A DNA stretch of 64,000 bases from Lytechinus pictus (GCF_037042905.1 NC_087254.1:3720001-3784000), one strand, 5' to 3'; positions 1-15,670 are shown, counted from the first letter of the stretch. Program-made: numbers and translations. The notes: a model not told the origin generated them from the letters alone.

Positions 1-526
1 AAGCCAAGGAGTTTTAATGGATGGAGAACCATCAAACACATTTTCCTTTAAAGTCGCTTTGACACCACGGGCATGACAGGCGCAAATATGCCCGGCATAT
101 GTTTCATTGGATTTTCGTTGCTGATTTTTAACAAAATAAAAGTGGAGTTATATTCCCAATTATCTATTTTCAACCCTAATTACTTTTCAGTTTTCCTATG
201 AAACTGGCGGCATCACAGATAGTCACCAAAGGCCGCAGTGCACCTGTGTATTCTTTTGTACTTCTTTAGAAATTGAAAGCTACGTGAATTAATTTTCATT
301 TCCGTTGTCACCCTAATGACCTATCCCTTTTACCCTTATGGTCAAGCCAAACATCGAAGTTCCTTCATGTCTTTCGCGAGGAACTTGATATTACTCAATT
401 AATCATCAAGAATACTTGCTGAATTTCACAGTGAAATTACCTCCCTCCGCTTTCCTCTAATTTTTTAGCAAACACCAGGAAAATGGCGAGGCATTCACTA
501 AATTTCGCAAATCTTGAACTTCTTAA

Positions 527-1113
527 AGGAGAATGAAACCTTTGGAACAAGATAGCTTGTGTGAAAACAGAAAAATCAAAGAAACAGATCAACGAAAGTT
601 TGAGAAAAGTTGAATGAATAATGAGAAAGTTATGAGAATTTGAATATTGCGATCACTAATGCTATGGAGATCCTCACATGGGCAATGCGACAAAGATGTG
701 TGATGTCACTTGTGAACAACTCTCCCCATTACTTTAGTATATATATTTCACTTACACTGCCTCTTTTATCACTTCTATCAGTAGATTATGTGTTCTTTCT
801 ATAGGAGGGCATGTAATACAGATTAAAAAAAGATACATCATGGATAAAGAGTTTGTATCACCTTAAGAAAAAGCAAAAAGAGACATTTTGGGGGTATTTT
901 AGAGTCCATCAAAGGGAAAGTAGTTCACATGTGACATCACACATCCTTGTCGCATTGCCAATAGGAGGATCTCCGTAGCATTAGTGATTGCAATATTCAA
1001 ATGCTCATAACTTTCTCATTATTTATTCGATTTTTCTCAAACTTTCTTTGTTCTTATTCTTTGATTTTTCTGTTTTGACACAAGCCTATTTGTTTCAAAG
1101 GTTTCATTCTCCT
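527..1113. mobile_element. Kolobok-like palindromic MITE
   Basis: TTAA|AGGAGAATGAAACC...GGTTTCATTCTCCT|TTAA; long inverted arms. Confidence 0.85.
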
Positions 1114-1610
1114 TTAAGTTATCACATGCCTAAAATATTTCCCATAGACTCATGTGTTAAAGTGGCACTTTAAACTAAAATCGTGAAAAATAAGGAGGAA
1201 ATTCGAGGGTTGAATGTTTACTACCAGTGGATAGGATATATGTCTGACATTCCATATCTGACCAGAAAAGGGTACCTCGACCGGCTCATTTTAAAAATAA
1301 ATCGGTATGTATGGAGACTACACCTGACAGGATCAAATTCATCACTTGGGAGAGTAAAATGGCCCTAATTCTTCCGCCAGTAAAACAATAGTTCCAAAGT
1401 AGTGAAAAATCTTTCCAATTTGGAAAAAAGGTCGTTCAGTAGGTACCCTCTCTAGAATCAGTATTATATTGTTAATCATATTCATTCAATTTTGTCAATC
1501 AGCAATATCAAATGTAAAAAATGAGAATGGGTTGGCTCGAAAGAATATCTCTTGCCTGCCAGTTGTAATTATGCCCGTGTAACCTTAAAATGCCACGTCC
1601 TAAATCCTTA

Positions 1611-4600
1611 TAGACGGGCCAACTTACGACCAAAAATACCCTTACCCGGAACAAATTGCAACAAATGATTTTTCAACGGTTTTTTGTAAAATTTGACCTC
1701 GGGAATAACATACTAAAAATCTACCAAAATCTGCATCCGGGAAAGTGGTTATTTTCAAGATGGCGTCCAAGATGGCCGCCGTTCACTGAAAATTGATACA
1801 AGTGTCTTATTAAGGGCTTATTATCCACCCTAGAATCCTATTTCGGTTCATAATCTATGGTCTAGAGGTAAAAAAAAATGTTAATAAAGGCTAAAGTGAA
1901 TTATAACCCCTCCAGTGTACCTGGCAAATCCAAGATGGCGCCCAAAATTGCTGCCGTAGACTGAAAATCCATAATTCATCTAAGTGGCTTTAATTTGGTT
2001 TTTATTCAATGGTTTTTAGGGTGAAGTAGTACATTGGAACAAGTTACAAGGACAGCCAGTGGTCTAGTGTATCCAAAAATTCAAGATGGCTTCCAAAAAT
2101 GGAGTTTAAAATTGCTGTTGATAATTAAAATGGACATAGTTCATTTCATATCCGCCTGGGACATAATGATTTTGGTGTCTATACCATGTTTTCAATGGTC
2201 AAATAAGACATTGGGACAAGTTACAAGGACGGTCAGTGGTCCGTTATGTTCAAAAATCCAAAATGGCTTCTAAAAATGGAGTCTAACATTGCTGTTGCTA
2301 CTTTAAAAAACCCGACATAGTTTGTTCAATATCCAGAAATATGATTTTGTGTCAATGCCACGGGTAAATGGGTCTAATAATACATTGGGAAAAGCTACAA
2401 GGAAATTCAGTGGTCTGGTATGTGCAAAATCCGCGATGGGTTCCAAAAATTGATTTTGAAATGGCTGCTAATACTTAAAGCGGACATAACTCATTTCATT
2501 TTGGCCTGAGAGATTTGACTTCAATGTCTAAACCACTGGGTACAAGGGTCAAATAATACATTAGGATAAGTTACAAGGACAGTCAGTGATCTGATATGTC
2601 CAAAAATTGGAGATGGCTTCCAAAAATTGATCTTAAAAATAGGCTGCTTATTCTTAGAGCGGACATAGCTCATTTCATCACGGCCTGGGAGATGTGATTT
2701 TGGTGTCTAAACCACTGGTTTCAAGGGTCAAAATAATTCATTAGGACAAGTTCTACGGAAAGTCAGTGGTCTGGTATGGCCAAAAATCCAATATGGCTTC
2801 CAAAAATTGATTCTAAAATGGCTGCTGATACTTAAAAGTGGCATAGCTCATCTTATATCCGCATGTGATTTGATTTCGGTGTCTAAACTATAGTTTTAAG
2901 GGTCAAATCATATATTAGGACAAGTTACAATGACAGTCAGTGATCTAGTATGTCCAGAATTCCAAGATGGCTTCCAAAAATGGAGTAAAAAAACTGTCTG
3001 ATGTTGATTATAAAAGGACATAGTTTGTTCAATATCTGTCTGGGGAATATTAGTTCGATGTCTAAACCATGGTTTAAGGGGTCAAGTAATACACAAGGGT
3101 AAGTTACAAGACCAGTCAGTTGTTTGTATGTTTAAAAAAATCCAAGATGACTTCAAAAATGGGGTGGAACTTGACTGTTGTTACTTAAAATTATACATAG
3201 TTTATTAGAAATACACCTAGGAGTATGATTTTACTGTCTACACTAGAGTTTAAAGGGTCAAGTAATACATTGGGTTAAATTGAAAGGACAGTCAGATGTC
3301 AGGTACGTCCGAAAATTAAAGATGGCTTTAAAAAATGGGGCCTTAAATGACTGTTGTAACTTAAAATTGGATATAGAACATTACAAATACACATTGGGGA
3401 TTTTATTTTGGTATCTACAGTAGGGTTTCAAGGGTAAAAAATACTTTGTGACTGGTTACCATGATATGCAGTTATCCATTTTGCCTTAAAATCTAAGTTG
3501 GCTGTAAAAATGGGTTTTAAAGTGACTGCTGTTACTTAAAAATTAACATAGTTCATACAATATCCACCTGTGAGAAATAATCTTGGTGCCTACAGTTAAA
3601 TACATGGGGATAAATTATCGTATTGTTTCATGAGTTGGTAACAGTATCCATTTTTATGAAATTTTAGAATCCGCCATGGAATTTTTAGACAAAATGGAAT
3701 ACTAACCATCCTTGTTACTAGTCTGAATGTACCATTTGACCCATAATACCCAAATTTAACCACCAACATTATTTCTTACAGATAGATATGGCAGAACTCT
3801 AATCATTATGATGTGATATGTGACATGAGTCGTTTTAGATGCTTTTTTTGAAAACCCTCTTGGACAACTGCATATCCATGTAACCAGTCCAAACGTATTA
3901 TTTCAACCATGAAACCATAGTGTGGACACCGAAATCATATCTCTTTGGTGGATTTTAAATGAACTATGTCAATTTTTAAAGTAACAGCAGTCATTTTGGA
4001 CTCCGATTCTTTGGAAGCCATCTTGGAATTTCGACATACTGGACAACTGACCGAGTGTCCTTGTAACAATTTTTTTGACTTTTAAAACCATGGTAAAGAC
4101 ATCAAAATCATATACCCTTGATGGATATTAAATACCATGGCTAATTCATACTATTTTTTAAGCCACTAGCTGTGGACTTTTGGACACACGTGACCACCCA
4201 TCGTCCTTATCCTTATCCCAATGTATTATTATGCAAAAAAAAATCATATTCCCGGATATTGAACAAACAATGTTGTTGTTTTTTTCTTAAGTAGAAACAG
4301 CATTTTTTAAATCCATTTTTGGAAGCCATCTTGGATTTTTTAACTAACTGGACCACTTACTGTCCCTGTAACTTGTCCCAATGTATTATATGACAATTGA
4401 AAGCATAGTCTAGACACCGAAACCATATCTCCCAGGTGGATATTATATGAGCTATGTCAATTTTAAGTATTAACAGCCATTTTAAAATCAATTTTTGGAA
4501 GCCATCTTGGATTTTTGGACACACAAGACCACTGGCTGTCCTTGTAACTTGTACCGATGTACTACTTCACCATCAAAACCCTTGAATAAAAACAAAATTA

Positions 4601-4975
4601 AAGCCACTTAAGTAAGTAATAGATGATTTTTTTTTTTTTTTTAGCCTCCGGTAGCCATTTTTGGCGCCATCTTGGAATTTCCTGGTACCCAGGAGTGCTA
4701 ATATTCACTCTAACTTGTATCAATAAATTCGTTTACCCACTGGACCATGGAGTATGAACCCAATAGGAGTCTAGGGTGGATAATGAGTGAGTTATCCATT
4801 TTCAGGTAATGGCGGCCATCTTGGACGCCCCGGCATCTTGAAGATAACTACTTTCCCATATGCGGATTTTGGTAGATTTTTAGTATGTTATTCCTGAGGT
4901 CAAATAGTACAAAAAACCGTTGAAAAATCATTCGTTGCAATTTGTTCCGGGTCAAACCATATATTGACCCGTCTA
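1611..4975. mobile_element. 3.4-kb non-autonomous foldback DNA transposon (Academ-like) with internal ~177-bp tandem repeats
   Basis: Termini TAGACGGG...CCCGTCTA, TTA on both flanks, long imperfect inverted arms; superfamily is inferred. Confidence 0.8.
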
Positions 4976-5034
4976 TTAGTTCAATTGGTGTTCGTGAATT
5001 ACAGAAGAGTGCTTACCCTTACCCCATTAATGTT

Positions 5035-5312
5035 ATAATAATAATAATAATATAGGGTATTTATATTGCGCACATATCCACCTTGTTAGGTGCTCAAGGC
5101 GCTCCTATATTAACCGGCTAAGCTAGGCGTTCATAGCGCACACAGCTTTTTAAGGAATTACTTCCTACCGGTACCCATTTACCTCACCTGGGTTGAGTGC
5201 AGCACATTGTGGATCATTTTTTTGCCGAAGGAAATTACGCCATGGCTGGGATTCGAACCCATGACCCTCTGTTTCAAAGTCCGAAGACTAATCCACTGGG
5301 CCGCAACGCTCC
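5035..5312 (-). mobile_element. tRNA-derived SINE
   Basis: A/B boxes (GGCCCAGTGG...GGTTCGAATCCC), shared body, (TTA)n tail; related copies at ~9680-9815, 40235-40513 and ~44380-44629. Confidence 0.85.
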
Positions 5313-6532
5313 ACAGACCATAAGAATAAGACGCACTACAAAAGCGTTTACGAAAAAATAACTCAATAGACCAGTTCATAGTTCCCTCATGGGCAGGTAT
5401 GTTCAAATGACCTTTGCTTACTTTCAATGTGATAAGCAAATTTCAAGCATGCCTTACATAGCAGGATGTATAAATTGAATAAACCAGGTGACAAGAATAA
5501 CACTTCAATGAACACTTTATGAAGGTGTTTGTTGCATTTCTACTTTGAATGCCTTTATAACGTTTGTCTGTTTGTAGCATGTTGCTATTACAATAAACTT
5601 GGCCAACCCTACCAGTCGCTAGTACAGTTGACGCATTTAATATTGCTTTATTGTGGATTTAATGAAGAGCTCAATTTAAAAGATATATGAATAATCAAGA
5701 CATCACAGTTGGTGCTTATCTAATTGAATGTCAAGCCACTATGCCTCTTGAGTAGAAATGACCTTCTTCTGATCGTGCGCAGAATGGAACTATGAACTGG
5801 CTTATTGAGTAAATTTGATGCAATAAAACTAATGGGCTGTCAAGAAAACAGGTGAATTTTCTTTGAATATTTGAAAGGAAAGTATTACATGTACTAAGAA
5901 AATATGAAGGCAATTTCATAACTTAATAATATATTTTTTTACGTTGTATGTAGTAATCTTCAGGACCGTGATCATGGTTGTGGTGAAGCTTGCATTAACT
6001 TTTTTTGGGAAACTTTGGGTATGTTCTATGCCATTTAACAACCTAAAAACTAGTAAAGAAAATAAATGGGTTAATTTAAGTGTTTGAGTGGAGCTAATTC
6101 CATTTTATGATGCCTACTCACCGCAGTAACAAACAGCATTTGTTGTCCTTTTTTTACCGGGTTTATGCGAACACGGTATGATGAACTATGCCCCGGCAGG
6201 TTCATCGTTTGTAAACTTATTGAAATATGAATATTAATATAGACAGACATTAAACACCAGCCGCCGTATTTACGCTGGGCACTCGGGCGTGTCGAATAAA
6301 TACACACTCTATACAAACAAGTGACGTCGTATATGCCACACCAACACAGCTTTTGTGTTATGAAATTTACAATAAGTTATCTCTGCACGTAATTTTGTCC
6401 GATATCATTCTTTCGCTCTGATCACGGACTACCTGCGGTGCCAACCGGTTTCTCTCTAAACCGTTCGTGCTGATAAGTCCTTGTTATAAGGCAAACTCTA
6501 GCTGCAATTTAAGTCTTCGAGGAGTTTACAGG

Positions 6533-6612
6533 ATGGTTACCTTAGCCAATGAATCATCTGGACCATGCCTGACATGGTGGTTGGTTTTAGCTGTAGTGAC
6601 GTTGCTGATATT
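6533..6612 (+). CDS. CYP exon 1 ([26 protein letters not shown])
   Basis: ATG, hydrophobic anchor, GTAAGT donor; phase 2 matches exon 2. Confidence 0.85.
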
Positions 6613-9600
6613 GTAAGTGTTAATAAAATTACAATAAAAAAAACAGGGTGGGTGCAGATCAACAACCTTCAACATTATATCATTTTCCAAATTCAGAAAA
6701 CATCAATAACGTGAACGTGGATTGAATGCGAAATAGTGAATAATTCATCAATAATTAGAGAGACAAAAACTAAATCCTTGGGGATGGGGGGGGGGGGGTC
6801 ACTATTGGACAATGGACAGTATCCGCGAAAGAAAAAAAACGCGGAAAAAAGTGTTTTTGTAGGTAATGGCCACGTGCCGAACGCGAATTGAATAGAGTGT
6901 AAAAAACGCAAAAATGAGAAAGGCCCCCTCACGATGGCTTAACACGATAATAGAGTACTGTTAAAATCATTTTAAAAACGCGGTCTACCATGTGAATCGC
7001 ACAGTAGTTGTTTAAACAGGTTAAAAAATTGTTTAAAATCTTAAAAAACTATGCTTAAATTATTGATAATTAAATATATCAATTTAAACTTTGTTGTTTA
7101 AGATTTTGTTTAAAACTACTGTGCGATTCACATTGGAAACAGAGTTGTTGAAATTATTTTAACAGTGTAACTTTATTACTAGCATGACCATTGCACAAGT
7201 AACCAGCATTTGCAATGGTCGTATAGACATTTTACTTTTGCTATGGAACCCCCTTATATCCCGTATGTTCCATTCCATCAAGTTAAACGCCATCCTGACT
7301 TTTTAAACACACTTTACAAAATTGGAGTTCATTCGCCTTAAAAACATAATTCAGTTAATTTTTTTTTCTTTCTTCAGGGAGGTTCACCGTGTATGAGATT
7401 CAAAAGAATCAACGTACTGTACGATTATAAAGTATTTCCATTGAATCAATGGAAATGTATATATATTGGCAATACCACAAGCCATTCTCTCACTGTACAT
7501 GATCTATTATAATTGTGCATTCCATTGATTTTGGGTTTTTTTCAGAGAGGAGAAACTTAAGTATTTTTTTTCTCGACTTGTGCCTAAATTCCAATTATAG
7601 GTATTGTGCTAACACATGACTTCCTTTGATTTTAGGAAAAATCTTAAACCACGAAGAGTTCAGAATACGGGCCTTTGTGTTTACTTATCATGTTGTTTTT
7701 GTTTTCTCCTCATTAGATATCTGACATGGACTTACACGTACTTTCTCCGCAGAGGTATAAGGGGCCCTCTGCCCCTCCCAGTCTTCGGCAATGTCCTTGG
7801 ATGGAGAGAGGTGTGGTGTGCTCTGATATTTCTTTAAAAAATATATATATATAGAAAATAGGGGTGACAAGAAACGCCCCGCTATAAAGGGCAATTATGT
7901 ATACCCATAAATGAATACGAAAATATGTCTGTACTTTGTTCGCTCACATTCTCTCCCTGATAACCCAACATAATAACGTGATCACAATGGTACATTATGA
8001 TTTTACATTCGTTTAAAGTAAAGATCATAGTTTATTCGAAGTGTTTACTTCTTATTCAAACGCTGATGACCTGACTCTAGCCCCTGTCGTTTGTCCCTAA
8101 CCCACGATTCACGGTATGTTCCTACTACTGGCTAAATATGACTGATAATTTTTTTTTTTGGGGGGGGGGCGTGAATAAAGCTGTTAAATCCAAGAGATAT
8201 ATTTTTCTTCTTTATTTAAAGGGGAATCCAGCCTTGGCCATAGAATGTTGTGTTGGGAAGGAGAAAAATAAATTAAACAGAATGGTGAAAGCTTGAAAGA
8301 AATCGGACAAGCAATAAGAAAGTTATAGCTGCGTTAAAATTAAGATCACTAATAGTACGTAGATTTCAAATTGGCAACTGGGTAAGTAAATTATGACAAG
8401 GGGCAAGGACAACTTTCCCATAGGCCATGTACATTTATCAGGGATTTGTGGTTTTCTCCTAAGTACCCATTCCCCTGGGGCAGTAATCTAAATATAACCC
8501 AGGTAGTATATTGTTTAATGTCCTCATGAATGAAAAATATAATTTGAAATAAAACTTTTGGGAAAAATGACATTTTAGCCATAATATGTATTAGAGTACA
8601 TGGAAGAGTAGTCCTTGCCTTACATCACTATGACATCCCGTATGCGGCCAATTTGAAGTCTCCATGAGCATAGTGATTACCAATATTTACAACTTTTAAA
8701 AATTCATAACTTTCTTGTTGTTTGTCCAATATTGTTCAAACTTCCACCTATCAATTTGTCTGATTTTTCTTTTTCTTATAAAAACAAGTTTTTATTTGGG
8801 TTGGATTCCCCTTTAATGTATTAAAAAATAATAATTTGAAACTATCAGCAGACTAGATGAGTAAAAGTACACATAAAACATGAGTGACACAAGGCGTCAG
8901 TCTAATGATCACCTTAAAGAATGTAATGGCTCTTCGCATTATCGTTTAGAGGCAATTTAAACATATAACGTGAATTATGTATTCTTAGTGGGAAGTGTAG
9001 AAGCGTACATGAGTATGCACTTTTGGTTCAGTGTCTGATGCCAAATGCGAATTATGCCACAAACAGAAAGCAGGCAACCATGGCCTCTCCCTTTTGTGTA
9101 CTGCATTCTGACATTGCATATTTTCATGATTTGCCATTTTTCACCTGTTAGAGCCTCGTTTACTTTATTACAGGGCATACAGTACGCGATGGACGACTAT
9201 ATCAAGAAATATGGAAACTGCTGTGGGTAAGAAATTATGCAAAATAAATAAATACACTGCAGATAAAAGGTAGCCAATAGATTTAAAAGTTGTGATTTGA
9301 TGTTGATTAAAGCCAATATTCGTGTTTACTTAAGAAGCATTGTCAAACATAAAATAATTGAGTGATCGTTTTTGTTTGCCTAAGCTCTTAACGATCATTA
9401 TCAATAGAACGTGTTATATACAGAGTCTTATTCCAGATTTTTATTCCTGCTTCTATTATTTTCCTTCAACATATTTCTTAAAATAACATTGTAAGTTTCG
9501 CGACGAGCTCGACCACTTCACCCCCTTGCTTACGTACGGTTTCGAACAACTGCATGTATTCCCGCTCACCACCCCCTCCCCCTCTCCCCCTGGAAAAATG

Positions 9601-12600
9601 TCTCTGTATGGAGATGGTTACTATAATGAGTAAAAAAAAAAAATCCCGATAGTTAAATGATAATAATGATATGATAAATAATATAGGATTTGTTAGGAGC
9701 TCAAGGTACTCTTATTACCCCGGCTAAGCTAGTCTACCTATTTTGGTGCTCGTTGAGTCTTTTGAGGAATTACTTCCTGGCGTTACCCATTTACCTCACC
9801 TGGGTTGAGCCTACATATTAAACGATGTGGATAGATTTTTTTTCTACTCGTCACTCACTGGTCACCAAATTGCCAATTTCATATCTGCATCGGCTTATCG
9901 ATCTGATTTTTTAAACGACCGTATATACATGTATATATATTTCAAATTCCTTGTCCATTATTTTATGTCTCAAAACTTCACTACTATTCTTTTATTTTTT
10001 TTATTTTAGACAAAATATTTTTATTACCACGATTAGATTTATCTTTAAGAATGAATTTTCATTATCTAAATATTAAGATCGTGGGTATTCTTGTTTCTTT
10101 CTTTCTATGTTTTGTAATCTAGATTTTACCAGTTCTTATCACCGGCTATTCTTGTGTCTGATCCCGATATGATCAAACAAATAATGGTGAAGCACTTTGA
10201 TCGGTTTCACAACAGAATGGTAAATATATGATTTCGGAGTGGTTTTCACGAATCACACATCGAAATCTGTCAGAGATAATTTTAAGAAGAAACATTGTTT
10301 ATCCATGATGAACACTATATACCTTTTCAAATGTGGATCAAGCGCCGACAAGAAAATTATTAGATACCCATGCAGTGTAATGAAAGAAAAAGGGAGATAA
10401 TAAGTATCAGCCATGGAAGGGAACGTATGCCTATGTAAATCATTTTGTGAGCTCACAAAGTGAGACCAAATTGATTGTTAGTACACATACTTCATTTTGC
10501 GCAATTATAGTTAGTAATTGGTGCGAGAGTATAGTCACACCTGGGGCCCGTATCTGCGGCAAAGTTTTATGAAACGGAAACTTGACGCTGTTTTAAGATT
10601 TGCCACAGAAACACAGATTTGCCGCAGAAAATGGGAGATGCCGCTGCGGCAAATGTTTTATGAAACGGGCCCCTGATGACATGATTTACGTTTTAAAGGT
10701 CAGACAGTATTGTGTGTAAAATATCACAAAGCATGATCCACATGATTATAATATATGCATAATATATGTATTATAATATATATATATTCAGTCAAACATA
10801 ATTTGTGCTTTATCATTGATGTTATGTTATGTTATGTTTATATACCGAGGTTTTTTACCTGACTGCTAAGAAAGCACGAATGCCTGTGAGCAAGCAACCA
10901 GGGGACCGACGGCTTAAAGTCCTCTCCGAGGGACCTGGTAATGAGGATAAATTGATGATAGTGACATTGCCTGTAATACAAAAACATAAAATGATGAAGA
11001 AATTCCTGTTTCTCGTAATGAGTACATTTTGTGTACAAGCATATTCACTGACTCATAGAAAGTTTCATCATAGTTCATAGCATTATAATGAAAATTGTGT
11101 TGTGTCTATTGCAGTTTATTCCTATTGATAGTCCATTATTGAGTAAGGCCTTGTTCATCAGCCGTGATGAGCAGTGGAAGAAGCTACGGCATACCCTCAC
11201 TCCGGCATTCAGCGGTAAAAAGATGAAACTGGTTAGTGATTCTTGTTTTGTTTCATGGTGTTAATTCGAAATTGTTAATTTCTTCGATTTCAATGAGGTA
11301 CCAATGCAATATTTGAGTGAAATCTCAATCTAATGATAGATTAATGGATTTTGCTGAAAACATCATGTCTTGCAGTACTCCTGTACACTGCAAAAACTCC
11401 GGTGTTGATTTAACACCAGCCCGAAATCTATATATGGCCACACCAGAGAAGTATTGAAACAACACCAGTTTGGAATCATGCTGTTTTAATACTATTTGGT
11501 GTTGTATAAACACCTATCTGGTGTTAGACCAAAACGATACTGGTGTTGTTTAACACTTCTCTGGTGTGGACATAATAGATTCCGGGCTGGTGTTAAATCA
11601 ACACCAGAGATTTAGCAGTGAACAAAATCCGAAAATCGAGGAGGAGGGCACCCCAACCCCTCTCCCCTCATCGAGATCGCCGCAAATGCATTGATCACAT
11701 ATACTTTTTTTAAATGTACTGGTGCTTCTTCGGGTAATGGGGTACTGGGGCTGATCAAGTCATATAAATCAATAGGAAATTACATTCCGATAAAAATAGT
11801 TACCAGTCATAATACATTGGTAGAAAGACAATGGATGGTTGGTTACTAATAAATCGTTAAACTATCAATCACTGTACTCAGATGTCAGAGATGGTCAAAG
11901 AACCGGCAAGCAGACTCGTTAAAAATTTGATGGAAGTGTGCGGTGAAGAAAAGCAAGGCACGATCGATTTGAAGGAGTAAGTACATTGTCCACAATCATC
12001 GGATCCACAAATAAATAAATAAGTAAATAAATAATAAATGAATGAACAGATAAATAAATATATAAATGCAATAAATGAATAAATATATAAATAAATAAAT
12101 AGATGAATAAAAATATATATGAATGAATAAAACTCGCAATTTCCAAAATCAGTATAAAAATAATAATATGCAGTTTTAAAGCGCAAAAACTATTTCTATA
12201 TAGATTAGATTTTAGATTTAGATTGATAAGAGTACAGTCAAATAAATGTTCAAAATAATACATACAGTTCAATTATATTTCATATATTCTATTGCGCTGC
12301 AAGAGCTTCCCAGATGCTGTACATACTACTGGAATAGATAGGTTTTTAATTTGAAATTATGTAAATTTGTTGAATTCCTAATGTCGAGGGGAAGACATCA
12401 GAAATTACCTATCTCCTAGTGTTGCTTTAATCTTGTGTGAGGGTACTTGCAGTGTGAGTGTATCTTGTGAGCTACGAAGATGATGGTCATGAGATCGGGA
12501 TTTAAATTTCAAGAGATCTGAGATATAACTATACAAATAAAGACAAAATAAAATTAAAATTAAAGTGGAAGAATAAAAAAAAGATGAATGAATATATAAA

Positions 12601-15600
12601 AAAAGTACACTGAAAACAAATACACGACTGAAAATAAAGGTAAAGTGAAATAAAAATTTTAATGAATAAACAAAGTCGTTTTTATGACTCTGGATAACCT
12701 CTGGCAATCACAATTTCGGACACGACCGCACACCAGAGGGCATTGGATCTCTACTGTGAAAGCCATCTAGTCAAGCTAGTCCTGTTAGGTTGTCCTAGGA
12801 TTTAGATGATTCCATCATATTCCGTGACATGAAATATTGGAAGTGTGGACAATTCTTCCAGGTACAACGAATCGCCCCTTTTTATAAGCAAGGCACTGCC
12901 GTACAAATGGGGGTACATGGATCACACACACAAAAAAAAGGTTCACGACCAAAAAAAAAAGGAAATGAAAGAAACAACAATGAAGTGATGAAATATGATA
13001 CTATTTTCTGACTAATATGTCGAAATCTCCATATTTGTCCTATAAAGGCGAAGAACTCAGTTTATCGCCTTTATGGGACAAAAAAAGAACAGAAATAGCG
13101 TGCCATATTCATACGTCATGTCCGGCCTCCTTAATGTTGTTGGCTCATTTCACAACTGAAACCACTTATATTAGGGAAAGGGGACAAACCTTCTTTATCA
13201 TCATTCTTCTAATTTCAGATCGTTCGGCGCATATATCATGGATACGATAGCATTGTGTGCGTTTGGATTGAACGTGGATTCACAGAAAACCAAAGACGAC
13301 CCCTTTGTCCGCAATGCCAAAAGGGTTTTCTCTAGTCTTGACTTTACATCACCGGCTCTGATTATATACATGCTTGTAGGTAAGCCACTTCGGCACAATG
13401 TACAGAATATCATTCAAATTTAATCTACAGGGTTGTCGCCACAAGTTACTCAACGCCCTTTCACACGGTTAAAAAAAAGATCGTAATTTGAATGATAATT
13501 CCATTGAAAAATTAGGCTAATGACGAATATTTAGCTCGTGTGAAACCAAAGTGGGACGTGATTGGAATCACGAATGCTAATTACAGTCAGGACTACAATA
13601 GCAATCAACATTACGATGATGATTTAAGATTCACGTGTGAAAAAGGCCCTAAATTACCGTTTATGAATTCCCAGATTCTTGCCCGGTTTTTAGAAGGAGT
13701 TTGAATAGATTGGAGCCCTATATCCATTCGTAAATAAGCGAAAGACAAGGGTGAACGTACATTGTATTGCTGTTGAGGAGATCCAAATTCCTCCGGTCAA
13801 CTCAGGACTTTAATTCACAATCGTTCATTTTCTGTAGAGTTTATGTTCCTATTTCAGTAACACCAAGCTGGACAACATGACCACTTGCAAAGGAAACAAT
13901 TTACGTCCTTGTTAATCTATCACAGTGGTTTACCTTACAGATGACAAAAAATACTATCGGGCCTTCTTTTTTTTAATTAAAGCGGAGATGATGGCCGAGT
14001 GGGGATTCGAACTCACAACCTCACGATCATGAGATCAGTACTCCAACCACTTTATCATACAAACCCTTTTATTCATTTTCCATATCCGTTTATTTCTTGT
14101 TATATTAGGAGTGTGTCTTAAAACAATATATTTGATATTTGCCACCCCATAACCAGCAAGTAATCATCAGCATGATCAGGGAAATTATCTGTAAATATAG
14201 TTGAAATTGTCATTTCAGAGCCGTGCACTGCCATAAATATGGAGTCTTTTACCCAAAAGCCATGCAAATCTTGTACCATGGACAGGACTTGTGTCGTGAC
14301 CTGAGGAGAAGATGAAGAACGTAAAAAGACAATAAGAAATTTACCTAATCTGACTTGTCCGAAAAAGTAATTCTTATTCTTCCTTCTGCCAAACTTTGAT
14401 GTTCTGTAGTTAAATAAAATACAAGATACAAGAGCTTATTTGATATAATTTTTTCGGACTGCTTAAAAGTTTCTCCAAGATTGTACAATGTGCACACCCC
14501 ATGCTCTAATTATTCTCGAACTTTGTTTTTTTCATATTTTTTTCGGCTTTAACTGGGTACTTCATAACTTCTGTATGTTGTGTGGAATATTGTTGATCGA
14601 TTTTGACAAGTTATATATCATTTTGAAGCTTATAGAATCTGCTTTTTAAGCTAAAAAATCAATCCTCAAAATTTATTTTGGGCGACGTATTGTTGGTTTT
14701 GTGATGGCAGGTCCGAAATTGAAAATCGACATTATTTTTGTTTCCACCAGGTAGGATCCCAGGAGTATCGGGACTGCTAAGGCTTTTGGGACTGAATGTG
14801 TTCCCTGTTGACACCTTAGAATTCTTCAAATCGGTAATAGATAGAGCCATTGAACACAGGAGGACAGACAAATCTACAAAGGTTATTTATTTATTTTCGA
14901 TATTTATACAGAATATTATTTTTACGTGGAGGTGGTTGTGTCAGAATTATGTTGATATCTCGACATCTTTAACAGGGGCGGTTCCGAAATGCCACCCCCC
15001 AAAAAAAAAAGGGGGAGAAGATCGAGGGTAAAAGTATAAAACTGATATGCCCTCTCCCTCAAAGAGTTATTGAACACATTAGGGCAAACTAATCTACAAA
15101 TATTTGGCAGATTTAAGTGAAGAATGTGTCACAATTAACTTGAAATCTTTATATCGTTAAAAGGTGCTGAACCAAATTGCAAAAGAAAGAGAAAGTGGGA
15201 ATAAAAAAAAAATATGACAAGTTCTCCCCCAAACGTTATGAAGACCTGGGGCCCGTAACACAAAGCTTAGCAATGATCGTACAACAATTTTCTACGATTG
15301 ATTGCATTGACTATAATGTACAATCAATATTAAAAATCAAACGTACGATTGATCGCTAACCTTTGTGTTACGGGACCTTGATCTTCTTTACACCCCTGTC
15401 ACTCCCTCGCCCACCCCCCCCCCCGCCCCGCCCTGGATCAGCATAGAGTAAAGAGGTTTCCTGATCCATTGGACCCACAAAATTGTTTTACTCACTCTTG
15501 AATATGCGTTTATAACGCATGGATTTATTGTTTAGCAGAATGTAACATGGAATGATCAGAGGATCATTATTCACACTGCCGTGCAAATGGGGGGGGGGCG

Positions 15601-15630
15601 CTGGCACCCGAAAGTTTCACAACCAAGAAA

Positions 15631-15670
<40 letters not shown>

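Noticed and set aside
5225-5312. tRNA gene calls (also ~13990-14050 and 40235-40310)
   Set aside because: These are SINE heads or fragments with no complete cloverleaf; two run directly into SINE bodies
6320-6490. CRE-like GTGACGTC and TATA-like TATAAG as the CYP promoter
   Set aside because: Short motifs expected by chance; the TSS cannot be supported from sequence alone
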